Below, piece by piece: positions 30,680 through 41,258 of a DNA stretch of 64,000 nucleotides. The DNA comes from a virus, in IMG/VR virus record IMGVR_UViG_3300044974_000700, positions 1-64,000 of that record, one strand, 5' to 3'. The notes beneath the pieces were generated by a model. That model was not told the DNA's origin. It searched no databases and worked only from the letters and a program-made list of their open reading frames with translations. The first letter of the stretch is position 1; each line of letters starts with the position of its first letter. Both the position numbers and the translations under genes were made by a program.

Positions 30680-30901
30680 ATATTATTCGATACCCGTCCG
30701 AATTGATCCCAACGGATGCCTTCTTGCAAAAATTGCAGACAGATGCTATTCTAACATTTCTGTTTCTCAAATGCTGCACATATGCAGCTTGGAATGGATC
30801 TTTTGGAATCGGATATCCGCTCATGTTCTACCCTGTAACCATGCCATATAATTTAAAATGGCGAATATCGCCAGCATGAGAAAAATTGCATATTTCATGT
30901 T

Positions 30902-31360
30902 CTACTTTTGCGCTTCACTTTCGTCGATTTTAAATAATACTAATTCATCAGTATTTTGTGTTCTATCTATTATATATCTAACTTCATCTATTATTTTATG
31001 ACAAAGGGCAGTATGTATCATTTGATCAGAGTAGCTGCCAGTTAGTGGCTTTGCTGAAAAATAAACTACATAATATATATCTGGATACATGGCTTTTATT
31101 AAAGCTCCATTTGCGATAGCTTTCTTTACATTATCTGTTCTTTGGGCTCCAGGTCGCTTCTTGTCGTCATCCCGCCCTCCTTTTGCCTCTACATGCTCTA
31201 GCGGCCACTGATTGCCATATGCAACAAAATCTACTTCACATCCAGTCCCAGGCATGTAAACATTTTTCTTAATTAAAAAGAATCCACGTTCTTTAAGATC
31301 ATTTAAAACCTTGTCTTCAAATTCATCTCCTGAACGTTTTGAATCAGATTGAAAATTCAT
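30902..31360 (-). CDS. PD-(D/E)XK endonuclease
   Basis: GDEFE...L, EVDFVA, VEAKGG, RTDNVKKAI. Confidence 0.7.
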   Translation of the reverse strand: MNFQSDSKRSGDEFEDKVLNDLKERGFFLIKKNVYMPGTGCEVDFVAYGNQWPLEHVEAKGGRDDDKKRPGAQRTDNVKKAIANGALIKAMYPDIYYVVYFSAKPLTGSYSDQMIHTALCHKIIDEVRYIIDRTQNTDELVLFKIDESEAQK

Positions 31361-31362
31361 TT

Positions 31363-32118
31363 CTACTTTTCCGCTTCACTTTTTTGAACTTTGTATTCTT
31401 TAATACATTGAGATATTGTGCTATATTCTGAATCTGGTATAGACTCTTGTAATAAAATTCCTTCTACATTATTTTCATTACAGTCATCAAGAAATTTAAA
31501 AAAATCATTTTTTGTAAAAGCAGCAGCGTCTTGATTATCTGGTATTACTTTTAATTCATCAGATATAATTGGCGCAACTGAAACTATATATTTTTGATTA
31601 GTCGTATTAAACTTATTTGTTTTATAGTATGAGTATGGTATTATCATTGGGAAAGAGTTGGCTTTAGATAAATCAAATATAGTTTCATTAGTAGTAGATA
31701 TATAAAATTCATTTTTAGATATCTTTTTAAATTCTTTTGCATATTCAATCATATAGTTTGAACGATCTATATTAGTAGAATTATCATTGACTTCAGACAA
31801 TATCCCGCCAAAAAATTTTTCATTATCATATATCCAACCAGTTAAGAAATTAATTGCAACTCTTCCGTGTGATATTTGATTCAATGAAGAACATATCATA
31901 TGCAGATATTGTGGAGAAATTACATATGGCCTAATTGCAACTATATATTTAAACTTACTAGATTTATCTATATTGCGAGCTATTCTTGTAAAATAGTCAT
32001 TAATAAAAATGCCATAAGGGTACATGGTAGCAGTAAATCCGTTTTTTTCTAACTCTACAGACCTGCTCGATATACCGCCTGGTACTGGAAAATTACGCTC
32101 AAACCAAATTATTTGCAT
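31363..32118 (-). CDS. Luciferase-like (LLM) monooxygenase, paralog of 13647-14393
   Basis: KYIVAIRPYVISPQYL, GRVAINFLTG, shared GGI..EVND.S...DR motif. Confidence 0.75.
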   Translation of the reverse strand: MQIIWFERNFPVPGGISSRSVELEKNGFTATMYPYGIFINDYFTRIARNIDKSSKFKYIVAIRPYVISPQYLHMICSSLNQISHGRVAINFLTGWIYDNEKFFGGILSEVNDNSTNIDRSNYMIEYAKEFKKISKNEFYISTTNETIFDLSKANSFPMIIPYSYYKTNKFNTTNQKYIVSVAPIISDELKVIPDNQDAAAFTKNDFFKFLDDCNENNVEGILLQESIPDSEYSTISQCIKEYKVQKSEAEK

Positions 32119-32956
32119 CTATCAGCTTATTTAGTTCTTGATATGGTTCCCCAAGTGCGGTAACAATATTTCTTTCTGTATGCATAAATAAAAATATATA
32201 AGTTTTTGTTCCAGACAAAACTGGCTTTACGCTATGTACAAGTAAACATGGAAGTATAACTACGCTTCCTGCTTTGGGCTGAATACAATATCCATAATCA
32301 TTTACAACCAATTCTCCGCCCGTATAGTCATCATTTAAATAAATTAAAGCAGTCCAATCCATTGTGTTTAATGGGTTCTCTATGTTTCTGTCAATATGTA
32401 CGCCAAGATCCCCACCAGTTCTGTACTGTCTTATGCAATAGTTTCTTGTTACCCAAATAGGTTTTTGGCTACCAGTTTTTTCTTGCCATATTTCAAGAAC
32501 TTTATTTAAATCTGGCTCAATTAAATTATAAATAGGATCGGCAAGTTTATGTGCATTAGAATATTCAGAAGTAACTTCTTTGCGTGGCCACATACTGTTT
32601 CGATTATTTATTGTCTCATCCCAGTCTAGGTTTTTACATAAGCCTCTGTGGGCATGCTCATTATCTGGAAAAACATGATCCCATTTAGTGTCATCATTTG
32701 GATCAAGCCTAACTGGGTATCCGTCTACCCATTTTAGCCATGGGGGTATTACTGAATGCAGTTCTTTATTGTTATTTTCTTTTTCAATTGTATCTAAAAA
32801 TTTCTCAGCATTTGGAAATGCGTTTTCTATGTATAGAACACCGCCTGGCAATTCGTAGACCTTTAGATCATTTGAATAATTTGGAGCAACCCAATTTTCT
32901 CCACGATTTATTTTTAATAATCTTTCCCATTCTTTATTTTCCACTATTACCTCCAA
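32099..32956 (-). CDS. 2OG-Fe(II) oxygenase
   Basis: HID, YLNDDYTGGE, HSVKPV.SG.K. Confidence 0.85.
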   Translation of the reverse strand: MEVIVENKEWERLLKINRGENWVAPNYSNDLKVYELPGGVLYIENAFPNAEKFLDTIEKENNNKELHSVIPPWLKWVDGYPVRLDPNDDTKWDHVFPDNEHAHRGLCKNLDWDETINNRNSMWPRKEVTSEYSNAHKLADPIYNLIEPDLNKVLEIWQEKTGSQKPIWVTRNYCIRQYRTGGDLGVHIDRNIENPLNTMDWTALIYLNDDYTGGELVVNDYGYCIQPKAGSVVILPCLLVHSVKPVLSGTKTYIFLFMHTERNIVTALGEPYQELNKLIDANNLV

Positions 32957-33130
32957 TATGCCAAATAATTATATCATTTCTTTGAATTTATTATTTCCAA
33001 TAATAAAATTTTAAATCCTAATGCATTTACTTGTGACGGGCCGTCTACATCAATGGATTCTATTGCTTCTAAAATTCTCTTTTGTTCTTGCTTTACAGCT
33101 TTTTTACAGCCACTACATGGGCATACCCAA

Positions 33131-33493
33131 TCAGACACGCTTAATCATCCTAAATGCATCCCCGTTATCATCTTCGTAGTCCCATGTGCTTCTATGCTCA
33201 CAATAATCTGGATCTACGCATCCAGTTTTTTCCCAATACGGCACACCTTCCTCATCATAATCATTCCACCCATCTCCATTCATATCAAAACTAAATTCAT
33301 ACATTGTGCCAAATCTATAATATACTGGCCAAGTAATTTTCCAAATAAATGAATGTAATTTATATCTCCATCCAAAATCTTCTAACTCGTCTTGATAGGA
33401 AATATGCATAATTGCCCATCCTGCAATTGATCCACACATATTAGCAAACCAACGTAAGGGAAGAACTTTGGTTTTATTTATCTTAATACTCAT
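33131..33493 (-). CDS. Hypothetical protein
   Basis: GGAGGA RBS; Trp-rich. Confidence 0.6.
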   Translation of the reverse strand: MSIKINKTKVLPLRWFANMCGSIAGWAIMHISYQDELEDFGWRYKLHSFIWKITWPVYYRFGTMYEFSFDMNGDGWNDYDEEGVPYWEKTGCVDPDYCEHRSTWDYEDDNGDAFRMIKRV

Positions 33494-33656
33494 TATCTAC
33501 ATCCTCCTCCCAATCCATTTCCCACGACTCCATTGATTTAGATAAATCATTAAATGCTCTGTATGCAGTAAAAGCCGCAGCAAAAGCAGCAAATGCTAAT
33601 AGGCTAATTTTTTTCATATATATATTATATAATTTTATGCAAATTTCGTCAATAGT

Positions 33657-34316
33657 TTATTTATGAACAAAATCAGAGTCAAAACCTTTAAATTTATTTT
33701 CTTCTTCTGCCACTATCCAAAATATAACGGCATACCTATTGCCTGAAGTTATTTTCTCGCCGCCGTGTAATTGGTCAGCCTTAAACAATACAGCTCCTCC
33801 AGATTTAGGAGTTACCTTTAATGAATCCATCCATTCTTTAGGTAATGGGAAGTGCTGCATCTCTTGATCACGAACTAAATCTATTTCATTATCGACAAAA
33901 ACCATTTCTCCGCCTTCATAATCGTCATTTAGTACTGCAACACAGCTATATGTTAAATTAGAATAAGTGTTATGTATATCTTTATGTATTCTAAGCTGTA
34001 TACCCTCAGTTAATTTTGTAATAGAAACACCATAGAAAAAGGGATTTTCTATTTCGTAATTTTCTTTTACTAATTTTTTAAATTTTTCAGAATATTTATT
34101 TGTCCAAATTTCTAAATCTTTAAAAAGCGTTGCTGGTTTTTCGTCTGGGAAAACAGCTCTGTATGCAGCTCCTTCTCCATGTGCGACGCCAATTCTTTTT
34201 CTAAACAAATTTTCATTTTCAAAATTATTATCTATCCATTTTATTAAAAAATCACAATCATCTTTTTCAATAAAATCATATTCTTCTGTAAATAGCTTTA
34301 TCTGATCATTATTCAT
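33657..34316 (-). CDS. 2OG-Fe(II) oxygenase
   Basis: HKD, LNDDYEGGE, HG...ITSGNRY. Confidence 0.85.
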   Translation of the reverse strand: MNNDQIKLFTEEYDFIEKDDCDFLIKWIDNNFENENLFRKRIGVAHGEGAAYRAVFPDEKPATLFKDLEIWTNKYSEKFKKLVKENYEIENPFFYGVSITKLTEGIQLRIHKDIHNTYSNLTYSCVAVLNDDYEGGEMVFVDNEIDLVRDQEMQHFPLPKEWMDSLKVTPKSGGAVLFKADQLHGGEKITSGNRYAVIFWIVAEEENKFKGFDSDFVHK

Positions 34317-35554
34317 TTTTTATTCTCCTTTATTGCAAAATGCCAATCCTTATTAGATTTAACAGGATGATTATCATTATCAAATAAATTATATTTTGCA
34401 CCCTTTGATGCCCACATGGGCAAGGCGTACCTTGCCCCCCTTTTTATATTAGTGACTCTATGCTCAATTGTTGATTCAAACATTATTAAACTAAATTTTT
34501 TAGGTTTAAGAGTTAAATTATTATTTATAAATTCTAAATAGCCACCATCGAAATCGTCACTTAAATACAAAACTGCACTTTTATATAGATGTTCAGCTTC
34601 TATATGGTTATCCCTATGTGCGTTTATTTTAGTATCTTTGCCTAATAAAACCATCCAGAATGCAGAAATATACAGATCATCTTCTTTAAAAAAATTTTTA
34701 AACTCTGTCAAAGTTTTATCAGAGTACTTTTTAATTAAATCTAAAATTTCAGAATGTTCTGACAATGAAACACTTTCTGGTATATTTGCCTGAATGCTAA
34801 GTCTTCCAAACTCAAACTCACCTCTGGTTAAAGGAAATTTTTCTTTATTATTTTGATTTAGATTTATGTATTCAATAAATTTATTTGCATCTTCATTTGA
34901 TATAAAATCTTCTATTATTTTTATTTTAATAGGGTTTTCAGTATTAGACATAATAGAATCTAGGGTTTCAAAGTAACATTTTGGCATTATATCTATTAAT
35001 AAATGTATTCTATCTTCTAAGCCACCATTTACAACAGAGTGTGGTTTAAAATTATTTATTTCCCAGCATTCTCCCTCTTTCATATGTATTTTTTCTTCAT
35101 TTACAATGTAAAAAACTTCATCATTTGTTATTAAAGGTATATGATATCTTCTTACAGTAGACAAATAATCTCCGCCGTCGGTATGCGTAGAAACATCACT
35201 TTTTGCATTTAATTTAATTAATAAAATTCTAGCTGCACGTCCAACAACTTCTTCTTCCAGTGGCCTTATTATAGATTCTTCTATAATTTTATATATTTTT
35301 TCATCTTTGAGAATAGGATTTGCCATGGAGCCAAATTTCCAGAATAGGTCGTGATCTTGAACTATATAGGTATTTGTAAAAAGATGTGGATTTCTTCGAT
35401 CTTCATAAACCTGACTTTGTCTTGAAGTGTCTATATTCCACTCATCGTTAAATTTTTTAACAACATTTATTAAAGAATTAACATCAAATTTTTTAAAAAA
35501 ATTAAAATTAAAAGTTTCTAATTCCTTTTTAGGAGTATTTTCACCTCTAAGCAT
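34313..35554 (-). CDS. Fusion: aspartyl/asparaginyl beta-hydroxylase-like domain + 2OG-Fe(II) oxygenase
   Basis: HTD..R.HIPL.TN, GECWEINN..HSV.N.G..DRIHL; then HRD, YLSDDFDGG, HRV...G.RY. Confidence 0.8.
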   Translation of the reverse strand: MLRGENTPKKELETFNFNFFKKFDVNSLINVVKKFNDEWNIDTSRQSQVYEDRRNPHLFTNTYIVQDHDLFWKFGSMANPILKDEKIYKIIEESIIRPLEEEVVGRAARILLIKLNAKSDVSTHTDGGDYLSTVRRYHIPLITNDEVFYIVNEEKIHMKEGECWEINNFKPHSVVNGGLEDRIHLLIDIMPKCYFETLDSIMSNTENPIKIKIIEDFISNEDANKFIEYINLNQNNKEKFPLTRGEFEFGRLSIQANIPESVSLSEHSEILDLIKKYSDKTLTEFKNFFKEDDLYISAFWMVLLGKDTKINAHRDNHIEAEHLYKSAVLYLSDDFDGGYLEFINNNLTLKPKKFSLIMFESTIEHRVTNIKRGARYALPMWASKGAKYNLFDNDNHPVKSNKDWHFAIKENKK

Positions 35555-36347
35555 TTTCTATATCCTTAATTAATTTATAAAGATTATAATCTATTTGGTT
35601 ATTTTCTATAATTTGAGCAATATCATCATTTGATAACAAACTCATTAAATCCTGAGTTTTATATAGCTTGCCGTCTCCATAGTCACATACACTTTCATTT
35701 GTTTTAATATTTTTTTCAAAGTTTATTTCTATTTTATAATTTTCCATAAACCATTTGTTAATATTATTTTCAAATTTTTCAAAACTATCTAACGTGTTTT
35801 TAATTTTAAATTTAGTAATTTGCTGAACTGCAAATGAATATGAAGTTTTTTCATTTTCAACAAACCAAGTAAATGCTTTACCTTCATTAAACTCTTTTAA
35901 CATTTCAAATCCATGTTCTTTATAAAATTGAGGAACGTCAAAAGATCTTTCATCAGCAGGATTACAAATAAATCTTGCTTGGTAGTTATTGTGTAAAGAA
36001 TAATTCTTATCTTCAAATAGATAATAACTTAACTTATCTTTAACATTTTTTATTGATGAATATTCTTCTCTATCAACCAAATACATGTTATATATAAAAT
36101 TAAAATAACTTAATCGTGCCTCAACTGGATTTCTTATTATAGTTGCTACATCCATATTTGGATTCTTTAAGATTGGATATGTCCCAGCATGTATAGAAAC
36201 ATAAACCTTGTCTTCAAAATTATTATAGTTTGGGAAATGTGTACTTATATAATATTTTAAATTATTTTCATCTAAAGATTTTTTAATACATTTACTGACA
36301 TGTTTACCTGCAGTTTTAGGTATATGTAAAAAATATAACTGTTTCAT
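35547..36347 (-). CDS. Sulfotransferase family protein
   Basis: FLHIPKTAG (PAPS 5'-PSB), RNPVEARLS.F, N..D..LY. Confidence 0.8.
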   Translation of the reverse strand: MKQLYFLHIPKTAGKHVSKCIKKSLDENNLKYYISTHFPNYNNFEDKVYVSIHAGTYPILKNPNMDVATIIRNPVEARLSYFNFIYNMYLVDREEYSSIKNVKDKLSYYLFEDKNYSLHNNYQARFICNPADERSFDVPQFYKEHGFEMLKEFNEGKAFTWFVENEKTSYSFAVQQITKFKIKNTLDSFEKFENNINKWFMENYKIEINFEKNIKTNESVCDYGDGKLYKTQDLMSLLSNDDIAQIIENNQIDYNLYKLIKDIENA

Positions 36348-36476
36348 TAAGAACTTGCTTCTAAAAATCCTTTGAAATGATATTTACACACTTCAACAAC
36401 CTGATATTCGTTATTTTTTTCTACAAGTTCTCCAGTGTATTCTGCTGGACATTCACAAAAAAAGCATGGTGGCAAA

Positions 36477-37319
36477 TTATTTTCCATATACCCCTCCATT
36501 TAATTCTGAATCTGAATTATTAATTAATTGTCCTCTTTCAAATCCAACCCTTTTTCTTTTTTCTTTAAGATATAATTCCCACTCATCTTCTTTTTCATAT
36601 TTTGCTTTTTCTTCCCAGTAAGATGGTGCTCCTTCGTCTTCATATCTCCAATATAATCTTAAAATATATTTTTTAGCATCTTCACACTTTCTTGTGGCAT
36701 GGTATATGGGATGTTTAGCTGGGAATATAACTATGTCACCTGCAGATGGCTTATAGCTACCTCTCCAAACTACTTCTTGTAAATCATCTGATAACTCTTT
36801 AAATATTATTTCTCCGCCAGAATACTCGTCATTTAAATAAAACAAACATGTAAAACCAAATTTAACCCCTGGCTCATCATGTCTTTCATGTTGAAAATCG
36901 GTATGGTATGGCATACCGTGATCTATGCCAGCACCAGCTCCTGGCGTGTAAGAAGCTATATCAAAAGCCTCCCACTTCCAGTTTGGCAAATTTATATTTT
37001 GATCTTCTGCATATATTTTTGTAGAATAATAATATAAATCTAAAACTTCTTTAATCAAAAAGTTTTTATGTGCTTCATTTTCTATTCCATCAAAAACTTT
37101 ATCAAAAGATTCTTTAGAAGGAAAAGATTCCCACGTCGGCCCTGGGGTAAATATCCTTCTATGATCTCCAAAAGCATACCACCCTTCCCAGTTTTCGGCT
37201 TCATTCTCAAATGGTGGCAATGACTCATAATAATTGATTAACTCTTTACCATATTTATAAGCTTTTTTGAAAACCCATATGGAATCATGAATTTTTTCAA
37301 CTTCAAAATTAACTGTCAT
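36477..37319 (-). CDS. 2OG-Fe(II) oxygenase, paralog of 14622-15437
   Basis: YHTDFQ...PG.K, YLNDEYSGGE, KPSAGD, YHA. Confidence 0.85.
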   Translation of the reverse strand: MTVNFEVEKIHDSIWVFKKAYKYGKELINYYESLPPFENEAENWEGWYAFGDHRRIFTPGPTWESFPSKESFDKVFDGIENEAHKNFLIKEVLDLYYYSTKIYAEDQNINLPNWKWEAFDIASYTPGAGAGIDHGMPYHTDFQHERHDEPGVKFGFTCLFYLNDEYSGGEIIFKELSDDLQEVVWRGSYKPSAGDIVIFPAKHPIYHATRKCEDAKKYILRLYWRYEDEGAPSYWEEKAKYEKEDEWELYLKEKRKRVGFERGQLINNSDSELNGGVYGK

Positions 37320-38033
37320 TTTTTAGCTTCCCCTTTATTTTGATCCATGTACCTATTTTACCAGAATGGACTTTTCCCCTCAATATCTCAGAAAAGGTTG
37401 GATGTGGATTCTCATTTCCAATATACTCTTGGCCAGTTTCCATATCTATAATTTTCCATTTTGCAGGAGCTTTAGTATGTATGACTAAATCAACGGGATG
37501 ATCAAAATCTTCTACCGTTGATCCATCTAAAAGTTTTCTAAGTTTAATGCTAAATACCTAAATCTTCTACAAAATCTATTTGATCATCAATAGAATTAAT
37601 TATATCTAGCTCAAGATCTGATGAGCTATTTTTTGTTTGACACATCTTTCTTAGGATGGTTAGGCTTATAATCATCAATAACAGCTTTTACTGTTCCGTC
37701 TTTTCTAAGCCTAACTATCTTTCCATCTTTAATTTGTGTTTTATTAAAAGGAAAACTTCCTCTTCGTTGACCAGAAGACATTATACTTTCTTCCTGCCAA
37801 CTTTTTTAGGCTGCAATACAGTTTCTCTTCTTATGCCGTGCTTGTTTCTATCTATTTTAATAGCAGGCTTAAATTTACCCTGATGTGGGTGTTTCCTTGT
37901 AGCGCTACCTGTTGTTACTGTATTATTTTCTGACATTATCTTCCTTTTACGGAGTCAGAAGTAACTACATTGCGATCAGAAGCGGATTCGTATTGAATAT
38001 CTTCTGTATTTTCGCAACCACATTCTTTACACA

Positions 38034-38225
38034 TTAGTCTGGGTCCTCTATACCTTCTCGCATTTCATGAACAGGATCTTCTTCAATAAATTCTTCTCTC
38101 TGTTCACGTGTTGCTGTCATGCCAAGTGTCAATCCTGCATTGCCTTGACTTGTCATATCTTTTAAAGATACTGGAGTTACGCCTACTGGGCTGCCAACAT
38201 TATTGCAACCGCACTCAACGCACAT
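38034..38225 (-). CDS. Small MCxECGC-motif protein
   Basis: MCVECGC start; the downstream coupled ORF starts MCKECGC. Confidence 0.55.
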   Translation of the reverse strand: MCVECGCNNVGSPVGVTPVSLKDMTSQGNAGLTLGMTATREQREEFIEEDPVHEMREGIEDPD

Positions 38226-38568
38226 TATTACTTACCACCTTGTCCAAGTCCAGATCCGTCTTGTGTAGACTTATCTGATGCTGCTGGCATAGATCCAGTT
38301 GCTGGAGACTGCGATGCAGCATTCCATGGTGTTGTTCCTGCTGGCTTAGTGTTATTAAAGCCATCTAAATTTAATCCGTCTGACATTTTATTACTCCTAT
38401 AGGTTTATTTAAGCGGGTCTAGAAGTCCGCTTATTCTTCAATTATATCATTTTTTGTATTTTTTACTGTAACAGTCCCTACATACCTGAATTATCTTAGT
38501 TTCTGTAGATGTTATTCGTTCTGCTGGACTAGTACATCCGTCTATCTCACAAATATCTAATATATCCA

Positions 38569-38787
38569 TTAATTTATTTTATTGCCAAACTTGGCCCAAA
38601 CTCTTTCATGTAGATAATAGCCTAAAGCTTCCCATGCTATATAGCCGAGGGCTCCAAGAGTTGCATATTCATATTCAATCTTTCCAGTTAGCATCCAGCT
38701 AACAACAGCAATAATTCCAGCTACGCCTACAAGGTGAAAAGTTTCCCAGCTTAGAGTTTTTAATAAGCTTTTTTTATTTGATTCCAT
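38569..38787 (-). CDS. DUF2061 membrane protein
   Basis: SLLKTLSW...YYLHERVW. Confidence 0.75.
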   Translation of the reverse strand: MESNKKSLLKTLSWETFHLVGVAGIIAVVSWMLTGKIEYEYATLGALGYIAWEALGYYLHERVWAKFGNKIN

Positions 38788-39026
38788 TACGCAACCTGAT
38801 TTGTTTTTCCGCCACCGACTACCTTTTTGGCTGGTGCCTTCTTGGCTGGTGCCTTCTTGGCTGGTGCCTTCTTGGCTGGTGCCTTCTTGGCTGGTGCCTT
38901 CTTGGCTGGTGCCTTCTTTTCTGTCATTTCTAACTCCTTAATTTTTTCTTTTATTATTTTTTCAACTTCTTTTTGGTATTCTGTTGCCAATGGGAAGCCA
39001 AACCATTTTTTTAGATTTCTTAACAT
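38787..39026 (-). CDS. Histone H1-like protein with (KKAPA)6 repeat
   Basis: 15-bp tandem TTGGCTGGTGCCTTC x6 at 38827-38916. Confidence 0.7.
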   Translation of the reverse strand: MLRNLKKWFGFPLATEYQKEVEKIIKEKIKELEMTEKKAPAKKAPAKKAPAKKAPAKKAPAKKAPAKKVVGGGKTNQVA

Positions 39027-39192
39027 GCTTTTTCCTTATCTTCTAACTTTCTGATTATAAGTCTGAAAACGTCTTTTGGTTTCCAGTCTGGAGGGTACTC
39101 AAGCCCCTCTAATTCTATTATTAATTCACGTAAAACTTTTTTCTTTATTGTATTAAAATGATCCCATTCCATATTATCTAATTTTATCATAA

Positions 39193-39825
39193 TTAATAAG
39201 AATAATCAACATCTTTTTCTGAAGATGAATACAAAAGAAGTCCCATTCTTGGTCCATCAGACCAAACTTCGTGGCTAGTTTCTTTAGGGAATAATAAAAT
39301 GTCCCCTTCTTCAAGTTTATACTCTACAGAATCATATCCAGTTATTTTCCAATAAGAATTGCCTTTTATTTGAAAATAACATGCGTCCCAGGGATCGCTG
39401 TGGGTTCCTACAAATTTATTAGATAAAGAAATTTTAATTCCTTCTGAGTGCCAAATAGAATTGCAATCACAACTTCTGGTATCCCAATGTTTATAAGAGT
39501 TACAATTTTTAAAATTTTCTGAATTTTCAAAATCTGAATTTAATTTTTCTAAAAATAATTTTATTTCTGGAAAATTATTTTCATCCCAAACCATTCCAGT
39601 TTGAGGAGCCATCCATAATGGCCTTTGTAACAACACATTTCCAAAAACATCTACTCCGCTTGCCAAATCTCTATCTTTTTCAATTAATTTTATATTATCA
39701 ATTAAAGATTGATTGTATAAAAACCATAATATTCTTTCCCAATTTATTTCTGTTGGAAAATATTTTTTTAAAAAAATAGCTCTTTTTTCTTTTTTTGCTA
39801 TTTTAAAATCTTCAACTAAACTCAT
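39193..39825 (-). CDS. JmjC/cupin-like oxygenase
   Basis: HSD, Q.KG.S.W, LEEGDILLFP...HEV. Confidence 0.75.
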   Translation of the reverse strand: MSLVEDFKIAKKEKRAIFLKKYFPTEINWERILWFLYNQSLIDNIKLIEKDRDLASGVDVFGNVLLQRPLWMAPQTGMVWDENNFPEIKLFLEKLNSDFENSENFKNCNSYKHWDTRSCDCNSIWHSEGIKISLSNKFVGTHSDPWDACYFQIKGNSYWKITGYDSVEYKLEEGDILLFPKETSHEVWSDGPRMGLLLYSSSEKDVDYSY

Positions 39826-39845
39826 ATTTTTATTCTATCATATTT

Positions 39846-39884
39846 ATTAAAATAGGGCGGTATTTCTACCGCCCTATTTTTAAT
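39846..39884. terminator. Bidirectional terminator
   Basis: AAAATAGGGCGGTA/TACCGCCCTATTTT. Confidence 0.75.
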
Positions 39885-39888
39885 AAAA

Positions 39889-41037
39889 TTACTTTACTAA
39901 AGTAACTTTAGCCTTTGGATTCTTTGCATTCCATTGGCGAGCCAATTTATTAAAAGCATCCTTTAGGGATTTAATTGCTGCTGCATTATCTGCAGTTAGC
40001 TTAGCAATTTGTGCATCTTTAGCGGCGATGGTATCTGCAGCGACCTTAGCGGCAGCAGCGGCTTTATCAACCTCTGCCTTTACAGCAGCAGCCTTATCAG
40101 CATCTGCGGCGGCCTTAGCGGCAGCAGCATCTGCGGCGGCCTTAGCGGCAGCAGTAGCAGCATCTGATACTGCCTTAGAAAGGGCTGCATCTACGGCAGC
40201 CTTAGCGGCAACTGCAGCGTCCTTGGCAGCCTTTTCAGCAGCGAGTTCGCCAAGCAAATCACGCACTGTAATTGTCTTTACTACGCTTGAAGTTACAGTA
40301 TTGAAACCTGTTACAACAGTTGCAACATCAGATGAATTTGTAACAGATACAACAAGAGTCGAAGAACCAGTTGCTGGAAGAGTTACCTTGAAATCTGCCT
40401 GACCAAAATTAGTTAGAGTAGATCCTGTAGTTGCAGTTGTTGTATCAAGAGTTCCTCCAACAACAAGTGCTGTTAGTCCTTTGCTTGAAACCTTATTTCC
40501 AAATACGTCGGTTGCGGTTACTGTTGCAGTAACAACACTTGATGTTGTTCCAGCATCAGCAGCAGAGAGGGAAAGAGTATTAATCTTACCTGCTACGCCC
40601 TGTACATAATATGTTAATGTTGTTCCTTGGTTAGTAATTACTACTGAACCAATTGCTGTCGTTTTAGTATATACATAAAACGTTGCTGTTGTTCCTGTAC
40701 CTGTAGCAATTGTCAAAGATGAAGATCCTGACGATGCTGATACTGGAGCAGCAGATGTATGTAGTGCAGAAACAATTGTTGCGTTGGTTGCTACAATAGA
40801 AACTGATGTTCCCGTATCAACTGTTGCGACAAATTTTAATGCATCTGTTGCATCTACTGTGTTATCAGCAGGCACTGGCAATGCAGCGGGTGTAGCAATA
40901 GCGGATGCTGTTGTATTAGCGGTTCCGTTAAGGTCTACAGCGACTGTCATTACAGCAGCACTTGCAGGTGTTGCTACGATTGTTGCGGTAGTCATGGCTG
41001 CAACCATGGCTAGAGCGATTTTCTTAAATGATTTCAT
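39889..41037 (-). CDS. Secreted Thr/Ala-rich surface protein with coiled-coil C-terminus
   Basis: Signal peptide ending PASA; Ig-like TVTATDVFGN; KAAADAAAAK repeats. Confidence 0.65.
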   Translation of the reverse strand: MKSFKKIALAMVAAMTTATIVATPASAAVMTVAVDLNGTANTTASAIATPAALPVPADNTVDATDALKFVATVDTGTSVSIVATNATIVSALHTSAAPVSASSGSSSLTIATGTGTTATFYVYTKTTAIGSVVITNQGTTLTYYVQGVAGKINTLSLSAADAGTTSSVVTATVTATDVFGNKVSSKGLTALVVGGTLDTTTATTGSTLTNFGQADFKVTLPATGSSTLVVSVTNSSDVATVVTGFNTVTSSVVKTITVRDLLGELAAEKAAKDAAVAAKAAVDAALSKAVSDAATAAAKAAADAAAAKAAADADKAAAVKAEVDKAAAAAKVAADTIAAKDAQIAKLTADNAAAIKSLKDAFNKLARQWNAKNPKAKVTLVK

Positions 41038-41087
41038 TTAATTTATTTCTCCTTATATACTCTGATTCTAAATTGTGAATCAGAATT

Positions 41088-41258
41088 CTATTCTAATTCC
41101 CATATTCTTACGTGAAAAGAACATGGGTCTCCGCCTTGATCCCATTCTTGGGACTCTTGATCTGTTAATGGTGGTCCATCATGAGTATTACAAAATACAT
41201 CTGATATCCATCCATTATCATAACCAAACTTTATCCAGTTATCGAAATCTAAATCCAT
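41088..41258 (-). CDS. Hypothetical protein (56 aa)
   Basis: MDLDFDNWIKFGYDNGWISDVFCNTHDG...GGDPC; overlaps thioredoxin stop. Confidence 0.6.
   Translation of the reverse strand: MDLDFDNWIKFGYDNGWISDVFCNTHDGPPLTDQESQEWDQGGDPCSFHVRIWELE

Larger units (their letters stand above)
29441..31381. repeat. Three 21-bp direct repeats TTCTAYTTTTSCGYTTCACTT (29441, 30900, 31361) at gene boundaries
   Basis: The outer copies differ from the 30900 copy by 1-2 nt. Confidence 0.8.
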
